Shown: positions 17,228 to 26,307 of the stretch, piece after piece | Layout: each line of letters starts with the position of its first letter | How positions within the stretch are numbered: position 1 is the first letter of the stretch | Source of the DNA: Candidatus Aegiribacteria sp. | Lineage (GTDB): Bacteria > Fermentibacterota > Fermentibacteria > Fermentibacterales > JCC-6 | NCBI GenBank assembly: GCA_030638185.1 | Contig: DAOWFD010000382.1 | Location: forward strand, 1 to 49,086 | Reading direction: 5' to 3' | DNA length: 49,086 nt | Translations under genes and position numbers: made by a program | The notes under the pieces: generated by a model | Told to the model about the DNA's origin: nothing | Databases searched by the model: none | What the model saw: the letters and a program-made list of their open reading frames with translations, nothing else

Positions 17228-18601
17228 TCACTTCCTGCCTGTATCTTTTGCTATTCCGAGACTGTTTATCCGAGCAAGAAGGGTGGTCCTTTTAAGGCCG
17301 AGCAGCCTGGCTGCAAGTGTTCTATTCCCTTTGCTCTGCTTCAGTGTATTAATGATATAGTGCTTCTCAATGTTTTCCAATAGGGAATCAAGTTGGATTC
17401 CATCACTGGAGGGATGGATATCCGGCAGATTGCCATGTGAGGGCAGCATTTTTCCGGGAAGATCCTTCGGCAGTATTACATTGTTCTCACACAGAACCCA
17501 GGCCCGCTCCATGATGTTTTCCAGTTCCCTGACGTTTCCCGGCCAGTGATATGAAAGAAGAATTGAGACTGAACTGGAACTCAGAACGCATGAATCTTGC
17601 TTCTCAGAGCCCGTCAGTCTTGAAAGAAAATGCTCTGTAAGAGGAAGAATATCGTCGGTTCTATGTCTGAGAGGAGGTACGTGAACCTCAATGACATTGA
17701 GTCTGTAGTAAAGGTCTTCCCTGAACTCGTTCTTACTCATTGCCTCCTCGAGGTTAATATTGGTGGCAGTGATAAGTCGGACATCTGTGGTTTGAACATC
17801 AGAACTCCCGACGGGCGAAAATTCCCCGTCCTGAAGAACCCTGAGGAGCTTGACCTGCATAGCAGGGCTCATGTTTCCCACCTCATCCAGGAAAAGCGTT
17901 CCCCCGTCGGCAACATGAAACCGTCCGTGGGTTGTGGCTGTTGCGCCTGTGAAAGCTCCCTTGACATGACCGAACAATTCACTTTCAAGAAGCCCCTCCG
18001 GGATGGCACCTGAATTAACCGATATGAACGGCTGAGTGGATCTCAGGGAATTGTTGTGAATAGCCCGCGCTATCAGCTCCTTGCCGGTTCCACTCTCTCC
18101 GGTAACAAGGATGGTGCTGTCCGTCTTCGCAATTTTGTTTACCAGCTCCATCAACTGTTCCATGAGATGGCTTCTGTATACTATCTTCCGGAATCTTCTA
18201 CCCCTGATCGGACTGAATGATGCATGAATGGCATTGTTTACTGCAGCCAGTACTGTCCCCGTGGTGAAAGGCTTTGGTATGTAATCCATAGCTCCCAGCC
18301 TCAGCGCCGTCTTGGTACTCTCGATGGTAGCAAAACCGGTGATCACTATTACGGGAAGAAAAGGGTACTTCTTTCCCGTTATTTCAAGAATCTCAAGCCC
18401 GGAAATATCGGGCAGCCTTATATCGGTTATCAGAAGATCATAGCCGTTATCTTTTCTGAGCTTGCGAAGTCCTTCTTTTCCACACTCCGCTGTGTCGCAA
18501 AGGTATCCGGAAAGTTCAAGTGTTTCCTTTAGAAAAGATGTAATATGCTCTTCATCATCGATTACCAGTATTCTATTTTTCTTCGTATTATTGTTATTCA
18601 T
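17228..18601 (-). CDS. sigma-54-dependent response regulator (NtrC family: REC-AAA+-Fis HTH)
   Basis: REC (VIDDEE, LLITDIRLPDISG, IPKPF). AAA+ motifs GESGTGKE and GAFTGA. C-terminal HTH RTLAARLLGLKRTTL. The stop directly abuts the downstream ATG. Confidence 0.9.
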   Translation of the reverse strand: MNNNNTKKNRILVIDDEEHITSFLKETLELSGYLCDTAECGKEGLRKLRKDNGYDLLITDIRLPDISGLEILEITGKKYPFLPVIVITGFATIESTKTALRLGAMDYIPKPFTTGTVLAAVNNAIHASFSPIRGRRFRKIVYRSHLMEQLMELVNKIAKTDSTILVTGESGTGKELIARAIHNNSLRSTQPFISVNSGAIPEGLLESELFGHVKGAFTGATATTHGRFHVADGGTLFLDEVGNMSPAMQVKLLRVLQDGEFSPVGSSDVQTTDVRLITATNINLEEAMSKNEFREDLYYRLNVIEVHVPPLRHRTDDILPLTEHFLSRLTGSEKQDSCVLSSSSVSILLSYHWPGNVRELENIMERAWVLCENNVILPKDLPGKMLPSHGNLPDIHPSSDGIQLDSLLENIEKHYIINTLKQSKGNRTLAARLLGLKRTTLLARINSLGIAKDTGRK

Positions 18602-18610
18602 ATTGTTTAT

Positions 18611-18638
18611 ATAGTAACATTATTCTGATGGATGTCAA
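18611..18638 (-). promoter_or_regulatory. possible promoter TTGACA-N16-TACTAT, ending 9 nt before the NtrC-like ATG (near-leaderless)
   Basis: The minus strand reads TTGACAtccatcagaataatgtTACTATataaacaatATG. There is no SD between the -10 element and the ATG. Confidence 0.4.
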
Positions 18639-19731
18639 TATTTTGACGAATAAGAGGGAATTCCATTTGAGAATTCTGACTGCATCGATACTGCTTCTCT
18701 CCGTTTCCTTCGTGATATCCTGCGGAGGAGAACCGGAAGAGGGAGAAATAGTGATTCGGGCGGAGGACATCGTTCCAGACGATTCTCTGCTGACCGCTGA
18801 TACCCTTTTGCTTGAAGATACCGTAGTATCTTCTTGTCTCGATACGCTGTCGAAACCTGATTCGGTGGCAACTCTGATTCCGGACGTTCCTGCTTCGGAC
18901 AGTATCCTGGCGATCGAGCCTGATCCGGCTGAATGTCCCTGGGAAAGAATCGCTCTGCAGATCAACGGTTCCATATATGCAAGCCTGGTTGATAGAGTTC
19001 CAGAACCGGATGTTCTGGGAGCACATATAGTCAGGTGTATGTGGTGGGATTCCGATCCCTGGAACGGAATGAATGCCGGAGATTCGCTCTACGTTCTTTT
19101 AGGGGAGACAGGACGGGAGAACCAGGTTATTGCTCTGAGATATGTACCAAGTGAAGGAACTTCGAACAGCTCCTTTTCGGTTTACAGTTTCAGAATGACC
19201 GGAGATAATTACCCTTCTCACTACTACTCCGATGGAACGGAAGTGATGAAAATGCTTAACTACATGCCAATAACAATCTTCGAAGAAATGACAGGGCCAT
19301 ACGGCGAACCCAGGGATAACCATTATCATTCCGGTGTTGATTACAAAGCTCCCGAAGGAACTCCCGTCCGTACCTGTAGAGGTGGTTCGGTAACCAGGCT
19401 GAACTGGAATCTTGATTATAACGGTAACTGTATTGAGATTGGAATCGGCGGTGGATACAGCGAAATATTCCTCCATCTGCAGGGAGTCGCTGAGGGAATC
19501 CGCGAGGGATCGATACTGGAAAAAGGCGACATAATCGGATATGTTGGCAGCACCGGGGTTACATCAACAGCGCCGCACATTCATTATCAGATAAATGATG
19601 AAAACGGAAACCCTATCGACCCCTACCTGTTCTACAGTTCTCACAGGCGACATCTGGCCCCGGAGGATATGGTTGAATTCAGTGCCTTCAGGGACCGTTG
19701 CGATCTATGGCTGAAAATGATCCCCGAATAA
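18628..19731 (+). CDS. M23 family metallopeptidase lipoprotein. Start uncertain: ATG 18628, or TTG 18667 with AGAGGGA upstream.
   Basis: Lipobox LLLSVSFVISCGG. LytM motifs HSGVDYKAPEGTPV and GSTGVTSTAPHIHYQI. Confidence 0.85.
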   Translation: MDVNILTNKREFHLRILTASILLLSVSFVISCGGEPEEGEIVIRAEDIVPDDSLLTADTLLLEDTVVSSCLDTLSKPDSVATLIPDVPASDSILAIEPDPAECPWERIALQINGSIYASLVDRVPEPDVLGAHIVRCMWWDSDPWNGMNAGDSLYVLLGETGRENQVIALRYVPSEGTSNSSFSVYSFRMTGDNYPSHYYSDGTEVMKMLNYMPITIFEEMTGPYGEPRDNHYHSGVDYKAPEGTPVRTCRGGSVTRLNWNLDYNGNCIEIGIGGGYSEIFLHLQGVAEGIREGSILEKGDIIGYVGSTGVTSTAPHIHYQINDENGNPIDPYLFYSSHRRHLAPEDMVEFSAFRDRCDLWLKMIPE

Positions 19732-19880
19732 TGAAGCGGAACGGTACATACAATCCGTTTGGAAGGTATTCCGGACTCCCTTATACTTCCTCATATACGG
19801 GCGAAAGTATATTATACCTGTTACACCAACTGGAAGCATAAGTTACCTGCCGGGCGGAAACTCCCGAATTCTGGAGAAAA

Positions 19881-21584
19881 ATGGCAACAATTCTTGGTAT
19901 TAACTGTTACAAACACGATGCGGCAGCTGTTCTCCTTCTTGACGGGGAGCTTGTGGCAGCGGCAGACGAGGAAAGATTCAGGAGGATCAAGCACTATCCG
20001 GGGTACCCTGAAAAGGCCGTTGAATACGTTATGAAGGAAGCTTCAATAAGACCTGAGCGTATCGATCATATAGCTTTCTACATGCTTCCCGGTCTTGTAA
20101 TGAGGGAAAATATCTCCTACAGCCGGCATTACCTCCTTAAAAAGGGAGGGATTTACTTTCTTCTCTCACAGTTGAACGGTGCCCGGAGGATGCGGAACAT
20201 AGGCGGAACTGTCCGTTCCCACCTCGGGGCAGGGCTTGCGGCACCTGTCAGTTTCGTAGAGCATCACATGGCACATGCTGATGCAGCTGTTTTCTTCTCG
20301 GGATTTGATAACACCGCCGTTTTGACTATGGATGGTGTAGGAGAGAGAAATACAAGCCTTCTGGCCAGTTACGGAAAAAACGAATTCAGGATCCACTCAT
20401 TATCAAGGTTCCCTAACTCCCCGGGGATCTATTACAGCGCTGTCACCAGGCACCTTGGATTCATTCCGGATAATGACGAATACAAGATAATGGGACTATC
20501 CGGCTACGGTGAACCGGAGTTTCTCGATATTTTCCGGAAAATCATCAGCAGCACCCATGGCAGAATAACGGTGAATACCCGGCTGCTTGATATTCACAGG
20601 GGAGTGCATGAATCGTACTTCTCACAGGAGGTACAGAAGGTAATAGGTTCCCCCCGGAAACCAGGATCTGATATTACCGATGTACATATGAATGTAGCCT
20701 GTTCCGCCCAGAGGGCTCTGGAGGAGACAGGGCTTTCATTGGCCCGTTACCTGAGGGATATCTCGGGAATGGACAGACTGGTGATTTCCGGAGGAGTCGG
20801 GCTTAACTGCGTAATGAACGGTCTTTTAGAAAGAGAAGCCGGTTACCTCGAAGTCTACCCCTTTCCGGCATCCCATGATGCGGGGACATCTGCAGGGGCA
20901 GCTTTGCAGGTTCACAGGAAATTCTACCCCGAAATCCCTTTTGTAAAGCCGGAGAGTATGTATCTGGGCCCTTCATATACGGAAGAGGAGATACTGAGTG
21001 TACTGAGGGTGGCCAGGCTGTCATGGGAAAGGCCGGATGACCTTGCGGATAAGACTGCTGAGCTGATAGAACATGGCAAGATCGTAGCGCTGTTTAACGG
21101 TAGAATGGAGTTCGGACCGAGGGCTCTTGGGAACAGGTCAATTCTTGCAGATCCAAGAAGGCATGACATGAAGGATATTGTGAACAGTATGGTTAAGCAC
21201 AGGGAACCCTTCAGACCCTTCTGCCCCAGTTGCCTTGAAGAACATTCCGGAGAGTATTTTGATGGCTGCGGGATTGCTCCTTACATGATTAAGACCTATC
21301 CCGTATTTCCTGAAAAGATGCGGGAAATTCCATCAGTCACCCATGTAGATGGAACAGCGAGAGTCCAGACTGTTTCCCGGGAAACTAATCCGTTCTATTA
21401 CGATGTAATAAACTCATTCTACAGGAGAACAAAAGTACCTGTGATTCTTAACACATCATTCAACATCAAAGGTGAGCCTATCGTCGCGACACCGGTTGAT
21501 GCTGTAAGATGTTTCTACGGGACAGGTATAGATGCCCTGGTCATGCCTCCGTTTCTTCTACTCAAGAAACCTTCGGAAGAGTGA
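19881..21584 (+). CDS. carbamoyltransferase (NodU/CmcH/TobZ family)
   Basis: MATILGINCYKHDAAAVLLLDGELVAAADEERFRRIKH, plus C-terminal EFGPRALGNRSILADPR and VNTSFN-like ILNTSFNIKGEPIV. Confidence 0.85.
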   Translation: MATILGINCYKHDAAAVLLLDGELVAAADEERFRRIKHYPGYPEKAVEYVMKEASIRPERIDHIAFYMLPGLVMRENISYSRHYLLKKGGIYFLLSQLNGARRMRNIGGTVRSHLGAGLAAPVSFVEHHMAHADAAVFFSGFDNTAVLTMDGVGERNTSLLASYGKNEFRIHSLSRFPNSPGIYYSAVTRHLGFIPDNDEYKIMGLSGYGEPEFLDIFRKIISSTHGRITVNTRLLDIHRGVHESYFSQEVQKVIGSPRKPGSDITDVHMNVACSAQRALEETGLSLARYLRDISGMDRLVISGGVGLNCVMNGLLEREAGYLEVYPFPASHDAGTSAGAALQVHRKFYPEIPFVKPESMYLGPSYTEEEILSVLRVARLSWERPDDLADKTAELIEHGKIVALFNGRMEFGPRALGNRSILADPRRHDMKDIVNSMVKHREPFRPFCPSCLEEHSGEYFDGCGIAPYMIKTYPVFPEKMREIPSVTHVDGTARVQTVSRETNPFYYDVINSFYRRTKVPVILNTSFNIKGEPIVATPVDAVRCFYGTGIDALVMPPFLLLKKPSEE

Positions 21585-21619
21585 TGCTCTAAGCTCTTCA
21601 TGATAGAAAGGGAATAATA

Positions 21620-22969
21620 TTGATTACCGCTCTCGGAAGAGGCACTGTTCTTATTGCCGATGAGGATTCGGAAAGAGCTCAGAGTCTTAAGAACAGAGTG
21701 TCCTCCATGGGTTACAGCGCCAGTATCCAGTCAACTGCCAGGAAGACCCTGCGGAAGATAAGATCTCGGTCGGTGAATGCTGTCATTATTTCCGCCAGTA
21801 TAGGTGACATGCATATTTCCGGTTTTCTTGAAACCCTGCGCAAAGCGAACCTTGCAACAGGAATAGTCATCTATGGGAAGAACATAAGTGCCGAGGATGC
21901 CGTCAGCTGGATGAAATCCGGGGCAGTGGATATTATCCTTCACATCGAAGGCGAACAGACCCTGAAAGCGGCAATTCAAAGGGCGTTCTCATTTTCCATA
22001 AAATCCATCGAAAGCAGGGCATCTTCCGAATCAGCAGGGAGAGAAGACATTCCACCTCTTCTTTACAGAAGCCGCGTTATGGGTGATGTGGTAAGAAAAG
22101 CCACCAGGGTTGCTCCGGTGAAGGTTACTGTGCTTATAACCGGGGAGAGCGGAACGGGCAAGGATGTTCTTGCGAAACATATACACGCCCTCAGCGGGAG
22201 AACGGGAGATTTTGTTGCCCTCAACTGTTCCGCTATACCCGAGACTCTTCTTGAAGACGAACTCTTCGGGCATGAAAGGGGAGCCTATACCGGAGCGGAT
22301 AGATCAAGGGAAGGAAAGTTCGAGGCTGCCACCCGCGGTACTCTGCTTCTGGACGAAATAGGGGAGATTCCTCCGGATGTACAGGTAAAACTGCTCCGTA
22401 TCCTTGAAGAGAATGTCGTAACCAGGCTTGGAAGTAATCAGCCCAGACCGGTTGATGTAAGGCTTATAGCGGCAACCAACAGTGACCTTAAGGCGGCCGT
22501 CAGGAAGGGTACATTTCGGGGAGATCTCTATTATCGGTTAAAGGTGATAGAAATTCACCTTCCACCTCTTCGGTCCAGGAAAGGGGATATCCCCATGCTT
22601 GCCATGTCATTCCTGAGAGAGGCTGCGGAGAAGCATAACCTTCCTCTGCCGGAGATTACCTCAGAAGCACTTGAACGCCTTGCGGTATTCAGCTGGCCCG
22701 GCAACGTTCGCCAGTTGCGAAACCTTATGGAAAGTCTTCTGATTATATCCGGAAGTGTGATAGATACAGGAGATCTGCCTTCGGAGATAGCGGATCTGCC
22801 TTCCGGGGAGACGCTTGAGTTGCATACGGAGCTGCCGGTATCACTTGAAGAGCTGGAAAGACTGGCTATAAAAAAGACCCTTGAGATCACCGGGGGGAAC
22901 AGAACCAGGGCGGCGGAGCTTCTGGGTATAGGACGCAGAACTCTACAGCGTAAGCTCAAGGAGATGTAA
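21620..22969 (+). CDS. sigma-54-dependent transcriptional activator with degenerate (pseudo-)receiver domain
   Basis: TTG start. AAA+ motifs GESGTGKD and GAYTGA. C-terminal Fis-type HTH RTRAAELLGIGRRTL. The N-terminal REC-like fold lacks the phospho-acceptor Asp (IISAS). Confidence 0.85.
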   Translation: MITALGRGTVLIADEDSERAQSLKNRVSSMGYSASIQSTARKTLRKIRSRSVNAVIISASIGDMHISGFLETLRKANLATGIVIYGKNISAEDAVSWMKSGAVDIILHIEGEQTLKAAIQRAFSFSIKSIESRASSESAGREDIPPLLYRSRVMGDVVRKATRVAPVKVTVLITGESGTGKDVLAKHIHALSGRTGDFVALNCSAIPETLLEDELFGHERGAYTGADRSREGKFEAATRGTLLLDEIGEIPPDVQVKLLRILEENVVTRLGSNQPRPVDVRLIAATNSDLKAAVRKGTFRGDLYYRLKVIEIHLPPLRSRKGDIPMLAMSFLREAAEKHNLPLPEITSEALERLAVFSWPGNVRQLRNLMESLLIISGSVIDTGDLPSEIADLPSGETLELHTELPVSLEELERLAIKKTLEITGGNRTRAAELLGIGRRTLQRKLKEM

Positions 22970-23011
22970 CAGATCAGTCAATTGAACTGAAAATGCAATT
23001 TGGAGGTTTTA

Positions 23012-23974
23012 ATGAAAGTAATAAGAACCGGGACGCTGACTTCCCGTCACTACAAGTGGGGGGCACTCGTACTTGTTGTGTTTCTCTGGATCATTCTGGG
23101 CGGTCCCTTCTATATAGTCGGCCCCGAGGAGGAGGGTGTAGTACTCACTTTCGGCAGGTACACCGCTACTACTCCACCGGGGTTTCACTTCAAGTGGCCG
23201 TGGCCCGTACAGACGGTTTACAAGCCGCCTGTGAACATTGTTCAGAGGATAGAAATAGGCTTCAGAACCATTTCGAGTAATCCTCCGAGCTACATCAGCT
23301 TCACCAACGACAAGGACATGCTGGCTGAGGCGCAGATGCTCACCGGAGACGAGAATATCATCGACTGCGCGATAACAGTTCAGTTCAGAGTCGGCAGCGC
23401 TACGGATTACCTTTTCAATGTCCGTGACCCGGAGGGTACCCTCAGGGATATCGCCGAAGCCAGCGCACGGCTTGTTGTAGGAGACAATGCGATAGATGCC
23501 GTACTTACTACCGGAAAACTGGAAATCCAGAACCGAATAATGGATATGGTTCAGAAAATTTCGGATGAGTACAATATGGGGGTTAACATCATCGCCGTTC
23601 AACTGATGGATGTTCAGCCTCCGCTGCCGGTCTCGGCTGCTTTCAAAGACGTTGCCACCGCAAGGGAGGATATGCAGGCCTATATAAACGAGGCTGAAAG
23701 TTACAGGAATCAGCGGATTCCCCAGGCTCTGGCGGATTCTGTGTCAATGGTAAACGCCGCGATGGGTTACAGTGCAGGCAGAGTCAACAGCGCGATCGGA
23801 GAGGCATTCAGGTTCACCGCGGTCGCTGAGGAATACAGGAAAAGTCCTTACGTAACGGCGACAAGGCTTCATCTCGAAACCCTTACAGCCCTGCTAGATG
23901 CAGCAACGATAACCGTAGTTGATGAATCCGCAGGTGCGCTGACCCATTACAACCTTGTTGGAGGTGGCCAATGA
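23012..23974 (+). CDS. hflK: FtsH protease modulator HflK (SPFH/band-7)
   Basis: ATG at 23012 has GGAGG 5 nt upstream. N-terminal TM followed by an SPFH domain (VGPEEEGVVLTFGRY). Confidence 0.85.
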   Translation: MKVIRTGTLTSRHYKWGALVLVVFLWIILGGPFYIVGPEEEGVVLTFGRYTATTPPGFHFKWPWPVQTVYKPPVNIVQRIEIGFRTISSNPPSYISFTNDKDMLAEAQMLTGDENIIDCAITVQFRVGSATDYLFNVRDPEGTLRDIAEASARLVVGDNAIDAVLTTGKLEIQNRIMDMVQKISDEYNMGVNIIAVQLMDVQPPLPVSAAFKDVATAREDMQAYINEAESYRNQRIPQALADSVSMVNAAMGYSAGRVNSAIGEAFRFTAVAEEYRKSPYVTATRLHLETLTALLDAATITVVDESAGALTHYNLVGGGQ

Positions 23975-25059
23975 GACGCCTGAAACACATGCTTTACGGC
24001 ATAGCGGCACTTTTCCTTCTTTTGGTTGTGCTTGGGGCTTTCTTCACCATAAATGAAATGGAACAGGCGGTAATACTCCAGCTGGGAAATCCCATCCGCG
24101 TGATAGTAGGCGATAGAACACCCGAGCAGATGGCTGATCTTCAGGCATGGATAGATGCCAATACTCCGGGTGTCGCGTTGAGCCAGGGAGCCGGGCTTTA
24201 CTTCAAGATTCCCTTCCTTCAGCAGGTGGAGATATTCGATGACAGAATTCTCGAATACGACGATCCCCCCGCTGATGTTGTCACAAGGGACAAGAAACAC
24301 ATACAGGTCGACTGTTACGCCAGATGGCGGATAGAGAATCCTCTTCTGTTCCTCAGGAGGGTAAGGACCGAGAACGGGGCGCTGTCCAGGCTGGATGATA
24401 TAATCTATTCTATGATCAGGCAGGAACTTGGAAACAGCAATCTCATCCAGATAGTCAGAAGTACAAACACCCCCATCGGTCTGGGAGATTACGTAAGGCT
24501 TGTCAGCAATGTCACCTATGCAGATACACTGGAGGACATTGAGATAGATGAACAGGGAGAGATCCGCGAAACGATAAAACTGATCAGAATGGTACCATCC
24601 CAGGGGAGAATAGCCATACTGGAGAGAGTAACGTCGACATGCAGACAGATGGCGGAAGACTACGGTATCTATATCGTGGATGTCCGCATCAAGCGGGCGG
24701 ACCTTCCGGAGGAGAACCAGGCTGCCGTCTTCACCAGGATGCAGGCGGAGAGGAACAGGATCTCCAACCGGTACAGGGCGGAGGGCAGAATGATGTCCGA
24801 AGTCATAGTAGCTAACACCGATCTGCAGGTTGATTCCATAACTGCCATGGCGAACATGTCCGCACTCACTATAAGGGGAATAGCTGACAGTACTGCCGCG
24901 GCAATTTATGCTGAATCATTCAACAGCTATCCCGATTTCTACAGTTTTATTAGATCCCTGGAGGCGCTTGAAACCGTCATGGGAGAGTCAAGCAATATAA
25001 TCGTAGGAACGGAAGGGATTTTCGAGTACATCGTTTCGGAACCTGGGAAGTTCTTGTAG
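23971..25059 (+). CDS. hflC: FtsH protease modulator HflC (SPFH/band-7)
   Basis: ATGA overlap with hflK. N-terminal TM followed by an SPFH domain (INEMEQAVILQLGNP, RMQAERNRISNRYRAEG). Confidence 0.85.
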   Translation: MRRLKHMLYGIAALFLLLVVLGAFFTINEMEQAVILQLGNPIRVIVGDRTPEQMADLQAWIDANTPGVALSQGAGLYFKIPFLQQVEIFDDRILEYDDPPADVVTRDKKHIQVDCYARWRIENPLLFLRRVRTENGALSRLDDIIYSMIRQELGNSNLIQIVRSTNTPIGLGDYVRLVSNVTYADTLEDIEIDEQGEIRETIKLIRMVPSQGRIAILERVTSTCRQMAEDYGIYIVDVRIKRADLPEENQAAVFTRMQAERNRISNRYRAEGRMMSEVIVANTDLQVDSITAMANMSALTIRGIADSTAAAIYAESFNSYPDFYSFIRSLEALETVMGESSNIIVGTEGIFEYIVSEPGKFL

Positions 25060-25069
25060 GAGAGACGGA

Positions 25070-25480
25070 ATGAGTGACGTCTTTGATGATGACCGGTACT
25101 GTTTCGTTTGCGGGGAGAAAAATCCCTTCGGGCTTCAGCTTGAGCCGGTCGGGAAGGACGGAAAGGGAACCATTCTCTGGATCCCTGAAAAACGCCACCA
25201 GGGATATACCGGTGTCGTTCACGGAGGGCTGATATCGGCGCTGCTGGATGAGGCGATGGCCTATGCCGGCATGAGCGTGGCGGGATTCTGTGCCACTGCC
25301 GGCATTTCGATCAAGTTCATAAAACCTGTCCGCACCGGAGAAACGGTAAGGGTGGAAGCTGAACTGGTTGAACGGAGAGGACCGATTCTGAGGCTTTCAG
25401 CATCGGTATTTCAGGGCGAGGAAGAGAAAGCCCGGGCCACGGCAACCTTCGTAACCGTTCGCGGAGAAAAGACGACATAA
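25070..25480 (+). CDS. PaaI-family hotdog-fold thioesterase
   Basis: CFVCGEKNPFGL and GVVHGGLISALLDEAMAYA motifs. Confidence 0.8.
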   Translation: MSDVFDDDRYCFVCGEKNPFGLQLEPVGKDGKGTILWIPEKRHQGYTGVVHGGLISALLDEAMAYAGMSVAGFCATAGISIKFIKPVRTGETVRVEAELVERRGPILRLSASVFQGEEEKARATATFVTVRGEKTT

Positions 25481-26272
25481 TTGAAGAAACCCCGGGTTCT
25501 TCTTACCGGAGCTTCAGGCAGGCTGGGTTCCGTCATCCTTGAAGACCTTTCGGATGTATGGGATATCATTCCTCTCTCCCGAAGGGGAGGCGGGGGAACT
25601 GTAAGATGCGATCTTCTCTCCAGGGAGGACAGAAAAACCCTTCTTGGAAGAGATTTCGATATGGTGGTGAACGCGGCTGCGGTATCCTCTCCTTCCCACT
25701 GTGCGAATAATCCGGCGGAAAGCTGGATTCTGAATACCCTATGGCCTCGCACACTGGCGGAATACTGCAGGAGAAATGCCGTACAACTGATTCACTTCTC
25801 AACGGATCTTGTATACAGCGGCGGAACCCCTCCCTACAGCGAAGCTTCTCCGGCGGTTCCAATGTCATTTTACGGATGGACAAAGCTTGTTGCGGACATA
25901 CTTGTACAGAAAGCTGATACAGATGCTCTGATTGTCAGAACATCGGTTCTCTGCGGAGAGACAGGATCTGAAAGGACCACATTCTCAGAGAATCTCCTCT
26001 CAGGAAGGGTTCAGAGAGTGTTTGTCGACAGCTGGAGGAATCACACCCCTATTCACTGGCTTGCCGGGATTCTGCCCAAGCTTACTAAGAAGGAGCAGTC
26101 CGGTCTTGTAATCGCCTCGGGCAAATACTCGCAGTCCCGTTCCGCCTACGCGGAAGCCCTGCTTAAGAAGCATGGACAGAATACGGATCATCTGGTTCAG
26201 GAATATGCACCTCCAGGTATACCCTCCAGACTCCATTTGAAGGGGAAGTACTATACTTCGTCGATCTATTGA
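25481..26272 (+). CDS. SDR-family sugar-nucleotide reductase (RmlD/dTDP-4-dehydrorhamnose reductase-like)
   Basis: TTG start directly after the upstream TAA. LLTGASGRLGS Rossmann motif and YGWTK catalytic motif. Confidence 0.7.
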   Translation: MKKPRVLLTGASGRLGSVILEDLSDVWDIIPLSRRGGGGTVRCDLLSREDRKTLLGRDFDMVVNAAAVSSPSHCANNPAESWILNTLWPRTLAEYCRRNAVQLIHFSTDLVYSGGTPPYSEASPAVPMSFYGWTKLVADILVQKADTDALIVRTSVLCGETGSERTTFSENLLSGRVQRVFVDSWRNHTPIHWLAGILPKLTKKEQSGLVIASGKYSQSRSAYAEALLKKHGQNTDHLVQEYAPPGIPSRLHLKGKYYTSSIY

Positions 26273-26307
26273 ACGATGGTAGAACAGAAAAGAGGGAGTA
26301 TACGGCT

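Noticed and set aside
19732-19880. Sigma-54 (-24/-12, TGGCAC-N5-TTGC) promoters near the two enhancer-binding proteins and in all other intergenic regions
   Set aside because: Every TGG found in intergenic DNA was checked by eye. GG/GC pairs were either mis-spaced by 1 nt (for example TGGTTATTTCAGGCA at ~2818-2832) or absent. No convincing site was found. A PWM scan would be needed to be definitive.
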